The notes under the pieces: model-generated
Database searches by the model: none
What the model saw: only the letters and a program-made list of their open reading frames with translations
Told to the model about the DNA's origin: nothing
Program-made: the position numbers and the translations under genes
Shown: piece after piece, positions 28,290 to 38,772 of the stretch
Numbering within the stretch: position 1 is the stretch's first letter
Layout: every line of letters starts with the position of its first letter
Origin: a virus
Reading direction: 5' to 3' (one strand)
DNA length: 64,000 nucleotides
IMG/VR virus record: IMGVR_UViG_3300047160_020099
Span: 32,001 to 96,000 of that record

Positions 28290-28763
28290 ATGGACGTATT
28301 TCTTACACATCCTGGCATTGCCATAGCTGTTGACTCGCCAGGCATACCCATGAACCTCTTCGTGGGTAACTGGAAGGGCTACACCGGCTACAAGTCCATC
28401 CTCACCAGCTTTGCCGTACACATGAAGGGTGGCGTTCGCTACATGCACACCCTCCGTGACATGATATATGTCTACACGTTCGGCGAGCGCATGGCACCGA
28501 TCACCATAAGCGGCGTTTCCTTCGCCGCAGTCTGCGAAAATCTGAAAGACCGTGTTGCCACAACCAGCCATGGTCTGGAATACGCCATGTCGTACTACTG
28601 GACTCAGCGAGTGACGGCGACAGGGCTGCCAATAAGACTCGTACTCGGTCTGGCAGCCATATTCCAGGGCTTCCTTGATGAGGGAACTTTCCAACTGGCT
28701 GATCCGAACAGTTACGTTGGGCAGTTCTCATTCAACTTCAATGCTATTCAGATGGGTCGCTGA
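28290..28763 (+). CDS. Putative tube-initiator or baseplate protein
   Basis: Tube-like fold pattern (HTL.D.IYVYTFGERM..ITISG); follows tape measure. Confidence 0.6.
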   Translation: MDVFLTHPGIAIAVDSPGIPMNLFVGNWKGYTGYKSILTSFAVHMKGGVRYMHTLRDMIYVYTFGERMAPITISGVSFAAVCENLKDRVATTSHGLEYAMSYYWTQRVTATGLPIRLVLGLAAIFQGFLDEGTFQLADPNSYVGQFSFNFNAIQMGR

Positions 28764-28765
28764 TT

Positions 28766-29560
28766 ATGGTTAATCACCTGCGAACCTGTTTGCTGAACGT
28801 CAACGGTAGCTTGTCGCCATCGCCTGCATATCCCGGCGAGGAGTACGTGCCACCTACCTACGTGGCGAAGTTTTTGCCTGGCGAGCTAGCACAGGGCTAC
28901 GAGCTGCTCTTCGGCCTGCAGCCAGATCGAGCCTTGATGAACTATAACCTTCGGGCCTTGCTCGACATGCTTCACGCGTCTGAGCTGGAGTCGCACGTAC
29001 TGGCGTTGGACCCGCGTATCACGTACATGCCGCCCAAGACAGACCTATTCGATCTGGTAGCCAGCGGTGCCGTGATAACGCAACTGGCCGGTACGCAGAC
29101 GCTCACGTTTGCTGGCGGCAACGCTGTCAGTCAGGTCGGCAATAACATCAGCTTCCGCTGGCAAGTGGCTGTACTGGATAGCTCGCACGTCCAGGTGACC
29201 CAGTATTCGAATACTTTCACGTCCGCAGTGACGACCATCCTTCCTTACACAGTCAGCAACGGTCTTTCTTGCCCGATCGCCTTGCCTGGCTCCAGCTTGT
29301 CTGTCCACTTCACAGCAGGAACAGGTAGCTCATGGCAGATTGACGCAATGGCCAGACCGGCACTCGACATACCAGCACTTTCGTACGGGTTGTCAACCAG
29401 TCTGACCGCCGACATGGCTGACGCTATCTTCGGCCCAGTTGGCTCGCCGGAGCCCTACAAGACCTTCCGCAACTTGTGGGAGATGCACGACCAGCTACCC
29501 TACCGGTTGGGTGGCTTGGTGTTAGCTCTCGGTTACCAGATAGACAGCTTGAAGAAATGA
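28766..29560 (+). CDS. Hypothetical tail or baseplate protein
   Basis: Tightly packed in the tail operon. Confidence 0.7.
   Translation: MVNHLRTCLLNVNGSLSPSPAYPGEEYVPPTYVAKFLPGELAQGYELLFGLQPDRALMNYNLRALLDMLHASELESHVLALDPRITYMPPKTDLFDLVASGAVITQLAGTQTLTFAGGNAVSQVGNNISFRWQVAVLDSSHVQVTQYSNTFTSAVTTILPYTVSNGLSCPIALPGSSLSVHFTAGTGSSWQIDAMARPALDIPALSYGLSTSLTADMADAIFGPVGSPEPYKTFRNLWEMHDQLPYRLGGLVLALGYQIDSLKK
29202..29215. repeat. Dispersed 14-bp palindrome AGTATTCGAATACT
   Basis: Perfect palindrome inside a CDS. Confidence 0.7.
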
Positions 29561-29563
29561 GCT

Positions 29564-31288
29564 ATGGCTGTACCAAACTGGTCTCTGTCAGACATCAAAT
29601 TGTTCGGCCTTGTGTGGCTTACCATCCAGGGCAAGCTCACTCCCTACATTCTGGACATTGTTAATGCGAGCGTCAGCTGGGGCCTGAACACCATACCGCG
29701 GGCTCGTATCACCGTTGCAGCCGGCCGAGAACTCAAGAGTCTGCAGCCATCAAACATCCACAACCTTGTTGACTACCTGAAGATGCAGCTGCCATTCCAG
29801 CTGTACATGGTAGCCCAGGAGAAAGGCAACTCCTACGGCATTCCTGTGGAACAGTGGCCGGCCAACCAGCAGCCCTTTCTCATCTTCGACGGCTACACGG
29901 CCAACGCTGGCTTCGCAAAGTCAATGTCTGGCGACGTCAACTACACACTCACCCTGACACACTGGCTGACGAACATGAACTTCTCGTCCTGTCTGAGCAG
30001 GACGACGAACACATTCAACCCAGCCCAGTTCGCGAAATCGGCAGCCATACGCGGCGGCTTTGGGGTTACCAACAGCTTCGTGGCCAGTACGCTCGGCAAT
30101 ACCTTTTTCACCACCGCGAACATACGACAGGACTTCTGGGGCTCTGCTTTGCTGCCCTGGCTGCAGAGGGTCTGCACCCAGGACATTCTGACTGATTCCA
30201 AGGACCCATTACTCCAGAACCCGGCTGGCAAACTCAACTACGAAGCCACACGAGCTCTACAACTCTTTGAACCGATCGTCAGGAACGGTGTGCCCACCTA
30301 CATCTACGGCGTACCGTTGTCCCTGGATGTCAACGCCCCATTAGCTGGCAGCATCATTACCGCGATCTCGGCAAACATCTCGAAGACGACCGGCGAAGCC
30401 ATGGCTTCGACAACCTTGTGGGACAAGCTTGTGGGCAACATGGGCTTTGCCGGCAGCTACTTGTTCTCGGTGGTACCGCTCGTGCGTTCGGCACTTGTCG
30501 TACCATTCCAGCCGGGGCTGCGAGCCGTCTGGCAGACCATCTACGCCCAGGAATACGATTCCATTGGTCTGGAAGGTGATACACCACGGGCCTTGCGTGG
30601 CGTCCGCATCTTTGGCGGCTTCGGTGATTCATACGGGCTGGGAGGTGCGCGTGTCGGCACGGCTGCGGATCAGACTTCCATCGGCGGTGCTTACACGAAC
30701 CCGAACATGACAGACGGTATGATCCGCTATTTCAATGCCGTCAGCTGGATGAGCAGTATCGTCAGCCCAAATGTTTACGGCACACAGGCGATGCAGCCAG
30801 CCGGCGTGATCGGCAATGCACTATTCCCTGGAAACGGGCAGCCACTGGTGGGACCTCGACCCGGGCTGGTGCGGCAGCAGGTGCAACCGTTACTAAACCA
30901 GTTCGCCCAGGCAGTGTATGTGAACGAGGTGTTGCAGGACCGCTCAGGAGTCATCAAGAGCAAGCTGCGGTTCGACATTGGGCCCGGCTCCTCGGTACAG
31001 ATCATGATCAACGAGGAGCCGTTCGTGGATCGGGCACTGGGATTGGGCGGCAGAAACTCTCTCTTCGGCTCTGTCCGCTCACTGACGCATTATTTCGACG
31101 CCGAGTCAGCAGATGCGTATACGGTCTTTGACATTGGCTGGCTCCGCAGCCCGCTGGAAAATACGCAAGACGGTACGTCGGTGATCGGGCATCCTTTGTG
31201 GCAGAATCAGTGGGTGGGCTCCCCGAACGTGGAGGGCTTCCTACCCAATCAACAACTGCCATTGCAGCTCGGCTGGACAGCAGGATGA
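29564..31288 (+). CDS. Putative baseplate hub protein
   Basis: SWGLNTIPRARITVA N-terminus and LRFDIGPGSSV...GSVRSLTH C-terminus resemble hub proteins; gene order. Confidence 0.6.
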   Translation: MAVPNWSLSDIKLFGLVWLTIQGKLTPYILDIVNASVSWGLNTIPRARITVAAGRELKSLQPSNIHNLVDYLKMQLPFQLYMVAQEKGNSYGIPVEQWPANQQPFLIFDGYTANAGFAKSMSGDVNYTLTLTHWLTNMNFSSCLSRTTNTFNPAQFAKSAAIRGGFGVTNSFVASTLGNTFFTTANIRQDFWGSALLPWLQRVCTQDILTDSKDPLLQNPAGKLNYEATRALQLFEPIVRNGVPTYIYGVPLSLDVNAPLAGSIITAISANISKTTGEAMASTTLWDKLVGNMGFAGSYLFSVVPLVRSALVVPFQPGLRAVWQTIYAQEYDSIGLEGDTPRALRGVRIFGGFGDSYGLGGARVGTAADQTSIGGAYTNPNMTDGMIRYFNAVSWMSSIVSPNVYGTQAMQPAGVIGNALFPGNGQPLVGPRPGLVRQQVQPLLNQFAQAVYVNEVLQDRSGVIKSKLRFDIGPGSSVQIMINEEPFVDRALGLGGRNSLFGSVRSLTHYFDAESADAYTVFDIGWLRSPLENTQDGTSVIGHPLWQNQWVGSPNVEGFLPNQQLPLQLGWTAG

Positions 31289-31294
31289 CAAGAC

Positions 31295-32026
31295 ATGGAC
31301 TCGTTACTTGAGCCTGAATTCAAGCAACCGTTTGAGCTCTGGAAGCAGGACCCAGGCCCGCATACGGCTGGTCCTTTCCTGGCGGCCATCGACCCGGTGC
31401 TGCAGTCCGCCATACGGACTTATGGAGGTAGCCGGCCCAGCACGGCGCTGCATAGCCACGCCAAGTTGCTGGCACTCGATGCCGCGGCTCGCTACGACCC
31501 ATCACGGGCGAAGCTGCGTACCCATCTGATGACCAATCTCCAGGGCCTGCGACGCATCGGCGCCCGGCAAACGCAGATCATCTCCGTGCCGGAAAGAGTC
31601 GGTCTGGACCTGCATCGGTTGCATATTGCCAACCAGGAACTGCACGATCGGCTTGGTAGGGAGCCTTCGGACGCCGAGCTTGCTGACCACACGGGGCTGT
31701 CTCTGAAGCGGCTGACGCACATTCGCAGGGCTCGTCCCGGCTTTGCCGAGAGTCAGCTCGTATCGCGACACGAGGACAGTGAAACGACCTTCAACCCAGC
31801 GGTGACAGACACGGGCGATGACACCTGGGTCAACTTCGTCTATCACGACCTGCAGCCGACGGACCAGCTCATTCTCGAACACATCCTCGGCCTGCATGGC
31901 AAACGGGTCTTGTCAAAGCAACAGATAGCAGCCAAGCTGAAGTTGTCGCCTGGTGCTATCAGTCAGAGGGCTGCTAAGATCCAGATGATGCTGGACAAAC
32001 GGGATGAACTGGGGACGTTCTTCTGA
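31295..32026 (+). CDS. Phage-encoded sigma-70-family (FliA/SigF-like) sigma factor
   Basis: Region 2 (RYDPSRAKLRTHL), region 3 (RLGREPSDAELADHTGLS), region 4 HTH (SKQQIAAKLKLSPGAISQR). Confidence 0.88.
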   Translation: MDSLLEPEFKQPFELWKQDPGPHTAGPFLAAIDPVLQSAIRTYGGSRPSTALHSHAKLLALDAAARYDPSRAKLRTHLMTNLQGLRRIGARQTQIISVPERVGLDLHRLHIANQELHDRLGREPSDAELADHTGLSLKRLTHIRRARPGFAESQLVSRHEDSETTFNPAVTDTGDDTWVNFVYHDLQPTDQLILEHILGLHGKRVLSKQQIAAKLKLSPGAISQRAAKIQMMLDKRDELGTFF

Positions 32027-32310
32027 TGGACAACTTCTATCATCGACGGCTGGTTCTCGCGAAGAAAGTGATACGGCACAAGCAGTCGTCGATAATCAGA
32101 CAGACACACATGCTGGAGAATACGCTACGCAGGAAGATCAAGCAGTGGGCACAACGTGGTTACAGCCTGGCGGAGGGCATGATCTACGTCAAGGTGGACA
32201 ATGGCTACATCGAGGTATCAGCTTTGATGTCGCTGTTACCTTACGACCAGGAGTGCTGTGACCCCAAACTCTTGCTCAAGCTGATGAGGCACAAGTACTC
32301 CAGGACATAA
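32026..32310 (+). CDS. Hypothetical basic protein
   Basis: TGATG coupling to the sigma gene. Confidence 0.6.
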   Translation: MDNFYHRRLVLAKKVIRHKQSSIIRQTHMLENTLRRKIKQWAQRGYSLAEGMIYVKVDNGYIEVSALMSLLPYDQECCDPKLLLKLMRHKYSRT

Positions 32311-32312
32311 TC

Positions 32313-32750
32313 ATGCCAGTAGGACTTCTCTATGATCGCTACGTGACGCAGAGCGCGGTTCTGCGTGTGAAAGACGCTGCAGCTGCAGCTGCTTCACTTG
32401 AAAACGGGCAACGGCCTTGGATGGTGCCTGATCTAGGCGACGGCAGTTTCACTATTCCTGGGCTGGCTGATGCGTACGACCGCAGCGAGATGTCGGAGGC
32501 CTATTCGCTCATCCTGACCCAGCCAGGTGGAACGCAAGGCGACGCGATGGCGGCCAAGCTCCAGTCCGATTACCTGGCCTCACAGGAGAGGGCCTATCGG
32601 CTTCGACAGTCAGGCCCGGTGCGTTGTGCCATGCACGCCGCCGCACGACGACAGGCTCATGGCGCTGTCAACGGCGTCTTTGGCCGCGTGGACGCCTTTG
32701 TGCAGGACCTGATCATGGCAGGGGCAGCCAACTATGTCGGGGATGAGTAA
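32313..32750 (+). CDS. Hypothetical protein
   Basis: Tightly packed; TAATG coupling to next gene. Confidence 0.7.
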   Translation: MPVGLLYDRYVTQSAVLRVKDAAAAAASLENGQRPWMVPDLGDGSFTIPGLADAYDRSEMSEAYSLILTQPGGTQGDAMAAKLQSDYLASQERAYRLRQSGPVRCAMHAAARRQAHGAVNGVFGRVDAFVQDLIMAGAANYVGDE

Positions 32751-33313
32751 TGTCTGACGTGCTTGTCTTCGTGCAGCAGCCCGACGGGACACTTGTCCCC
32801 CAGGTAGCGTCTGCTACCGAAGACGGACAAACTGTTACACCATCCGGCCTCGTTACTGCAGTCGCGCCGCAGCAGACGATCACGACGACCGCGTTGAGTT
32901 TCTTGACGACAGTCAACGGCCAGGAAGTACAGCAACTCTATGCTGCCGGCAATCCTGGCAGCACCGTTGTCGCCCAGCAGAAGCTCGCCCAGCGTTTCTT
33001 GCTGCACCTGCTAACTGCACAGGGCTCGATACTCTACAGGCCAACGCAGGGTTGCTCGTTCGTTCAGCAATTACGGATCGGCAAGGCAGCCTCAGAGAAC
33101 GACATCTTCGCGGCGTTTGCTGGCGCCATGCCTGATGTGACGCAGAACATGCAGATAGAAGAACTCAGCACGGACCCGCCCGAGGAACGGTTCGGCTCGG
33201 CACAGATGACCAATCTGACTCTGAATAAGGGCTCCATCGTCACGACGATTACGCTCAACAGTCTTGCGCAGGTGCCCCTGAACCTCATCCTGCCACTCAA
33301 CTTCCTGCTGTAA
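32750..33313 (+). CDS. Putative baseplate wedge or sheath initiator (gp25-like)
   Basis: QKLAQRFLLHLLT..GS..Y.P..G.F and P.ERF patterns; precedes J-like gene. Confidence 0.7.
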   Translation: MSDVLVFVQQPDGTLVPQVASATEDGQTVTPSGLVTAVAPQQTITTTALSFLTTVNGQEVQQLYAAGNPGSTVVAQQKLAQRFLLHLLTAQGSILYRPTQGCSFVQQLRIGKAASENDIFAAFAGAMPDVTQNMQIEELSTDPPEERFGSAQMTNLTLNKGSIVTTITLNSLAQVPLNLILPLNFLL

Positions 33314-33325
33314 CGAGGGCCAGCC

Positions 33326-34975
33326 ATGTCCTTGACAGTCACAGACCTGACAACGCTGGACCCGACGCAGGTCGAGCAGTTTCGTCAACAAGACCAGGCA
33401 CTTATCCAGGAGTACAACCCTGGAGCAGACCTGAAGCGTGGCCCGCTCCAGGACCTGGTCATCACGCCCAAGGCAGCACTGGATACAGCCACGCAGACGA
33501 ACATCGACCTGATCCGTCAGTCGAGCAGCTTGCTGGAGATCAATGCCAACCCGACGCTTGCCGACACAGATACCGTCAACCGGCTGCTGTCGAACTACGG
33601 GCTAACCAGGAATCCCGGCGCCGCAGCTACAGGTACGGTGACCATCGTGCTGAGCGCCCTGGTCCCAACGGTGATACAGCCCAGCACGATCTTCACTATC
33701 AATGGGCTGACCTTCCAGCCGATCATGACCTATGCCGGCCGGGTGACTTCGCAACTGGTGGTTGGCCCCGGCGACGTGTTGATTACAGCACTTGGCTCCA
33801 ACTACGCTTTCTCGATTACGGTTCAGGCTACGGCCGTGGGAGCTGCCGGCAACGTAACGAACGGCAGTACAGCTACGCTCAGTCTGAACCCGCCACAGTT
33901 TGTGCAGGCCTACGCCCAGGGCAACTTTACAGGTGGGCAGGACGAGGAGACCAACGAACAGCTCATCATCCGGTTGCAAAGCGGCCTGGCAGCGAAGACC
34001 TGGAGCAACCGGGCCACCATCGACGCGATGCTCAAGCAGCAGTTCCCGGCATTGATGGTCGAGTCAATCATCGGCTTTGGCGACGCTGAAATGTTGCGAG
34101 ATGCACATGCTCTATGGCCGGGGCATGCTGGTGGTCGCTCCGACACGTACGTTCGTACCGCTCAGCCCTGGCAAGCTGTCGTCCTGACCAAGACAGCTAC
34201 CTTGCAGTCTGTGTCCGGTGTCAACGGCACCTGGCAGTTCACTGTTGGTCGCGACGATGCACCCGGGTATTACGAGATTGACCGCATCCTGCTGCCCAGC
34301 ATGGCATTGACCGCCACCGGCTTCGCCCCCTCAAGCGACGTACGTAGCTGGGACTTTACGCCGGACGCAACACACAGTTACTTCCCCGACGTCACGGCAA
34401 CTATCGAGGCCGTATACAGCCGGTACCAGACCTCGACGGTACAGTTTGTGGATACGGTCACAAATGCCAGCAGTCTGACGCCTGGCGTGTCCACCGCGCA
34501 ATATGTCGTCATCTTCCGGACCATGCCTCAAGTGGCCGCCATCCAGGACTTCCTGGGGCAGCGAAACAACCGCCCGCCGATGGGCGATATTCTTGTGAAA
34601 GCTGCCGTGCCGTGTTTCATGACGGCTTCGATGACGCTCAACATCCTGACAGGCACAACGGTCGATGTTGCGGCCTTGCAGAACGCGCTGGCCGTGGCTG
34701 TGAATACTGCCGGCTTTATTGGCAGCATTGCCGCGTCAATGCTCTCCCAGGTTCTTCACAATGCGCTGGGGGCGGCACTGGTTTCTATCACGGGCATCAG
34801 CCTGGCAGGACGTATCCGAAAGCCAGACGGCACCAACGTTAGCATCAGCAGCTCTACGAATCTTTCATTCAGCAACGACAACTCGACGATGACGACCAAC
34901 CGTACGGTGATCTTCCTGCTCAACGCGACCGACGTTACACTAACGATCGTCAATGTGCCCGCACCGACACTGTAA
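33326..34975 (+). CDS. Baseplate J/gp47-like wedge protein
   Basis: NYGLTR..G..ATGTV, ATAVGAAGN, FTGGQDEETNEQLI.R, GFGD.EM.RD motifs. Confidence 0.85.
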   Translation: MSLTVTDLTTLDPTQVEQFRQQDQALIQEYNPGADLKRGPLQDLVITPKAALDTATQTNIDLIRQSSSLLEINANPTLADTDTVNRLLSNYGLTRNPGAAATGTVTIVLSALVPTVIQPSTIFTINGLTFQPIMTYAGRVTSQLVVGPGDVLITALGSNYAFSITVQATAVGAAGNVTNGSTATLSLNPPQFVQAYAQGNFTGGQDEETNEQLIIRLQSGLAAKTWSNRATIDAMLKQQFPALMVESIIGFGDAEMLRDAHALWPGHAGGRSDTYVRTAQPWQAVVLTKTATLQSVSGVNGTWQFTVGRDDAPGYYEIDRILLPSMALTATGFAPSSDVRSWDFTPDATHSYFPDVTATIEAVYSRYQTSTVQFVDTVTNASSLTPGVSTAQYVVIFRTMPQVAAIQDFLGQRNNRPPMGDILVKAAVPCFMTASMTLNILTGTTVDVAALQNALAVAVNTAGFIGSIAASMLSQVLHNALGAALVSITGISLAGRIRKPDGTNVSISSSTNLSFSNDNSTMTTNRTVIFLLNATDVTLTIVNVPAPTL

Positions 34976-34986
34976 AGGAGTTTTCC

Positions 34987-35844
34987 GTGATTCGTTATCT
35001 CACCTGTCTGTTTCTGACCATCGCGGCGTTTGGCACGGCACTGGTGTACATCCCAACCGCGCCGGCCGGAACAGAAGCAGCCCAGAAGGGGGAAGATGCA
35101 CCCACCAAGGTCATGCCGCCGGCCAAAGAAGACGCCGAACCACCGATGCCAATGGCATCACCGCCAGGCGCTGCTGCCGGCGCCTTGCCAGACGACGGTG
35201 AGTTCAAGGAGATGAAGATCCCGGACACCAACAAAGTTGCCGGGTTGACGCTCACGCCGGATCAGACCGTTTCTGCCGCGAAACGTTTCGCCATCGTCCG
35301 TGCCACTACCGACAAGCCCGATCAGAAGGTGCGCTGGATCGTGCTGGGCGCGTTGCCGGGTCTCCAGCCCAGCTCGCTCGTATCGCCCAGCGGTCGGAGT
35401 ATTCTAATATTCCCGGCCGGTTATGCTGACCTGATCGTCGTGATGGCGTACAGCTCTACCGCGGACGGGCCTACAGACGTCGCCGTCAGCAAACTCGCTG
35501 TGGAAGGCCCGCTGGCGCCTTCTCCACAGCAACCAGCTACCAAACCGCCAGTCACAGGTAAGCTGCACGTCACGGTCGTCATCGACCTTGCCAAGCAGAC
35601 GCCTGAACTGGCGGCCATGCGAGCTTCCAAGGCCTTCCGTGACTTCCTTGGGAAAGAGAACTGCGTGTACCACGAGTGCAACCCGGCCACTGTGCCGGCC
35701 GACATAGGGGCTGCACTGAAGAAGGCTGGTCTCCCGTACCCGGCAGTCGTCATCCAGAATGCTGCCGGTGACATCGAGGAAAAGGCCACGTTTCTTACGG
35801 CCGAAGATGTAACAGGCCTTGTGGAACGAGTACGAGGTAAGTAA
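34987..35844 (+). CDS. Exported or membrane-anchored protein with Pro-rich linker and possible thioredoxin-like C-domain (no CxxC)
   Basis: AAGGAG RBS, GTG start, hydrophobic N-terminus; GLPYPAVVIQ.A.G.I C-terminal pattern. Confidence 0.75.
   Translation: MIRYLTCLFLTIAAFGTALVYIPTAPAGTEAAQKGEDAPTKVMPPAKEDAEPPMPMASPPGAAAGALPDDGEFKEMKIPDTNKVAGLTLTPDQTVSAAKRFAIVRATTDKPDQKVRWIVLGALPGLQPSSLVSPSGRSILIFPAGYADLIVVMAYSSTADGPTDVAVSKLAVEGPLAPSPQQPATKPPVTGKLHVTVVIDLAKQTPELAAMRASKAFRDFLGKENCVYHECNPATVPADIGAALKKAGLPYPAVVIQNAAGDIEEKATFLTAEDVTGLVERVRGK
35398..35411. repeat. Dispersed palindrome variant AGTATTCTAATATT
   Basis: One mismatch; inside a CDS, using AT-rich codons ATT CTA ATA. Confidence 0.6.
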
Positions 35845-36001
35845 GCTATGGGCGTAATCGGTCATACATGGAGGAGAAACAATGTCGGATCTCATTCTGA
35901 CAACCGAACCCCAACGACTGCTTCACGAAGGCAATCCCACCTCTGCGTAACGTCGCCAGCAGGGCTTCACCCAGGCCCTGCATCTTCGACAGGGAGGTCC
36001 T

Positions 36002-37990
36002 GTGCGTTGGCGACGACTTGTTCTGCCTCTGTTGCTTGTAGCCGGCATTCTACCCGTTCTTGGCGCCGAGCCCGACGCCCCTCCCAGGGTACGTACCGAC
36101 CGCTCCAGACCGCGACTGGCTGCTCGTGGTAACTGGACTGTCGTCAAGAACCTCTACACGCCAAACGACGCGGCCGAGGCCGCTCGTCAAGACTTGCGTA
36201 ACCTGGTGATCTCCAGATTGCCGGGCTATGCCCACATCTTCGTGGCTGCACCAGATAAGGCTGACCAGATCCTTGCTGAGTTCCAGTCCAAATACGCGAA
36301 AACCTTCTGCTACTACAGGTACTTGACCAGCTATAACTTCCCAGAAGCCATGCGGGAAGGGGTCTGGCAGGACGTTTCTTTCCTCGTGAACAGTCTCAGC
36401 CGGCACGACGAGAAGTTCCGACCAGCGTTCGGCGGTCCTGGCAACATCCTGATCCGCATCAACCTGCTTGACTACGACATTGATCCAGAGGATTGGGACA
36501 AGCTCGTTCTCAACGAGCCATACTTCCATCAGGATATTTTGCCTATTGCTGTCAGCAGTGTTGCTGCAACCTCGCCAGAAGAAGTACAACCCGGAACCAT
36601 CAACGAAGGCACGCCACACGCGACGATCAAGGTCCTGACCACGCCAGATGCCGACATACGCCTGGACGACCAGATCGTTCAATCCAGAGGCGCAGAGCGT
36701 ACGCTAGTCACGCCACCGCTGCTGGCAGGCAAGCGCTTCCGCTACACAGTTACCGCGGTCTGGCACGAAGGTGATAACGACCGTACAGCCACCAAACGCA
36801 TCCAGGTAATTGCCGGGCACACAACAGTGGTGGACTTGCGGGTTCCACGGGAACTGCCTGAAACACTGACAACAGTGACCGGCGCTCCAACGAGAGCAAT
36901 GGCTGGCTGGATCAATCCCTGTACCAACTCCGAGCTGGCCTTTCTGACACATTCGCAAGCGCCAATTGCTCGGGCTGATTGGTTCATCGCCAATGCGTCA
37001 GTACCACCAAACTACTACGATCTGCTGCGGCTGAAGACGCTCGATGACTTCAGGGATCTGGCAGGTTTCGACAAGCGGGCCGAACAACGCAAGGAAATTC
37101 GGGCCACGGTCGTCAGGTCCGGTTCTCATGGACTGGCTACGCCGGTCGCTCGCAACAACCGCATTCTGGCCCGTACACCGACATTCCAGGGCTACTTCTG
37201 GGAGACCTTCGACTTCCTCAACTCGGTCAAGGCCCGGAACGTCATCAACAACTTCCTCAACATCAGGGAAGACATTGCCCGACACTTCGAGGTCGGCGAG
37301 CTTTCCGGGCTTAACCCACGCGAATGGTTGCAGCACGTCCGCAACAAGCGTGGTTTCCGCGATGCTGGCGAATGGATCGCGTGTCTCCCCAATGGGCTGC
37401 AGTTTTACTTCCTGACCAATGGACAGGACCAGCGGCTGGACGAGGCAGACATTCACGTTGCGTACGATTCGACGGCCCACGACTTCCGGGTCATCAACGG
37501 CCGTTCCTGTATCTGGTGTCACTCAGACGGCATCCGGCCCTTCCGTAGCCAGTTCCAGCTCCAGATCGGTCCCAAGCAGCTGACGGACCTGGGCATCTAT
37601 CTGAACGACCCCGTGCGGGCACAGGAGCTGTCTGACTTCATTCGCAGGAAGTTCGGTTCGCCGCAGTTCGAGACCGTCATTCAGCGGGATCAGGCGTTCT
37701 ACAGCGAGAACATTGCCGCCGCCAATACACTGACGCCTGAATCCAACGCAGCCTTGTTCCGAAGTCTGTGGGACGGCTACCAGGAAGTGGACTTGAACCT
37801 GAATGTCATCTGTTATGAGCTGGGGATCCAGCCGGAAGAGGTCAAGGCACTCATTGCTGCACGACTCAACGGCGTCAACAACGGCGTCCTTTTGCAGCAA
37901 TTACTCCGGCCGCCGATAGCCATTCGCCGCGATCAATGGGAAGAGGTTTTCGATCAGATAGCGATCTTGACCACCCTGTTACGGCGGTGA
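36002..37990 (+). CDS. Exported planctomycete-type protein with TIGR03000-like domain and CxxCH heme-binding motif
   Basis: Signal peptide; G.ERT..TPPL..GK.F.YTV.A.W...V.AG..T.VDL domain (~36615-36845); RNNR, YFWET.DF, LPNGLQ, NGRSCIWCH (37508-37522). Confidence 0.85.
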   Translation: MRWRRLVLPLLLVAGILPVLGAEPDAPPRVRTDRSRPRLAARGNWTVVKNLYTPNDAAEAARQDLRNLVISRLPGYAHIFVAAPDKADQILAEFQSKYAKTFCYYRYLTSYNFPEAMREGVWQDVSFLVNSLSRHDEKFRPAFGGPGNILIRINLLDYDIDPEDWDKLVLNEPYFHQDILPIAVSSVAATSPEEVQPGTINEGTPHATIKVLTTPDADIRLDDQIVQSRGAERTLVTPPLLAGKRFRYTVTAVWHEGDNDRTATKRIQVIAGHTTVVDLRVPRELPETLTTVTGAPTRAMAGWINPCTNSELAFLTHSQAPIARADWFIANASVPPNYYDLLRLKTLDDFRDLAGFDKRAEQRKEIRATVVRSGSHGLATPVARNNRILARTPTFQGYFWETFDFLNSVKARNVINNFLNIREDIARHFEVGELSGLNPREWLQHVRNKRGFRDAGEWIACLPNGLQFYFLTNGQDQRLDEADIHVAYDSTAHDFRVINGRSCIWCHSDGIRPFRSQFQLQIGPKQLTDLGIYLNDPVRAQELSDFIRRKFGSPQFETVIQRDQAFYSENIAAANTLTPESNAALFRSLWDGYQEVDLNLNVICYELGIQPEEVKALIAARLNGVNNGVLLQQLLRPPIAIRRDQWEEVFDQIAILTTLLRR

Positions 37991-38031
37991 TTATTGGTAG
38001 AATACGGGCGGACCACTGCCAGGAGGGCACC

Positions 38032-38736
38032 ATGCGATTCCATCTTTTTCTACCCATACTATGCTTGCTGTGGCTGGCAACAAGCGGCCGGTCGCAGTAC
38101 TATCAGCCGCCACCGCGTTACCAGCAGCAACCCTATTACCAGCCACAGCCCCAGATCATCTACCAGGACCGGGTCGAATACCGTGATCGCATAGTCCCGG
38201 TCGTTCAGCCTGTACCCTTCACTGTCGCTGTACCGGTAATCTCGTACCTGTACAACGGCTCCAGTTTCAGTCCTGTTTTCAACGCACAGACGACAGTAGC
38301 GAACCCGGGTCTTCAGGTAGCACAGACTACACAGCAGCAAGTACAGTCAGTACAGCAGACGCAGCAAGTTGCTGGCGGCCAGCTCCAGCTCGACGACGCA
38401 TTCATCGACAAGTTGATCGATCGCATCGAGCAGCGGCTGCAACAGCGCAACAAGCAGCCAATCGGGCCTCCGCCCGTACGGAAGGACGAGGCCCTTCACC
38501 AGCAGGTCGTGACGATCCTGTCCAACAACTGCGCTTCCTGCCACACGGCGCCCAAAGCCAAGGGTGGCATTACAATGTTCCTAGGTACCGGCGTCTTCAA
38601 CCCGGCCGTGGACAAGAAGAAAATCTTCGACGCGGCAGACGAGGGGCGCATGCCGCCCGCTGCCAAGACAGATCCATCGGCCGCGTTGAACGACGCCGAT
38701 ATTGCTTTGTTGCGACGCTGGCGAGACTCGGAGTAA
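38032..38736 (+). CDS. Exported c-type cytochrome (planctomycete cytochrome C-like domain)
   Basis: AGGAGG RBS; signal peptide; ILSNNCASCH (CxxCH at 38530-38544), KGG, GRMPP distal Met, L...DIALLRRW. Confidence 0.88.
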   Translation: MRFHLFLPILCLLWLATSGRSQYYQPPPRYQQQPYYQPQPQIIYQDRVEYRDRIVPVVQPVPFTVAVPVISYLYNGSSFSPVFNAQTTVANPGLQVAQTTQQQVQSVQQTQQVAGGQLQLDDAFIDKLIDRIEQRLQQRNKQPIGPPPVRKDEALHQQVVTILSNNCASCHTAPKAKGGITMFLGTGVFNPAVDKKKIFDAADEGRMPPAAKTDPSAALNDADIALLRRWRDSE

Positions 38737-38772
38737 GATCGAGGTATGGCTACCACACAAGGAGGAACACTC

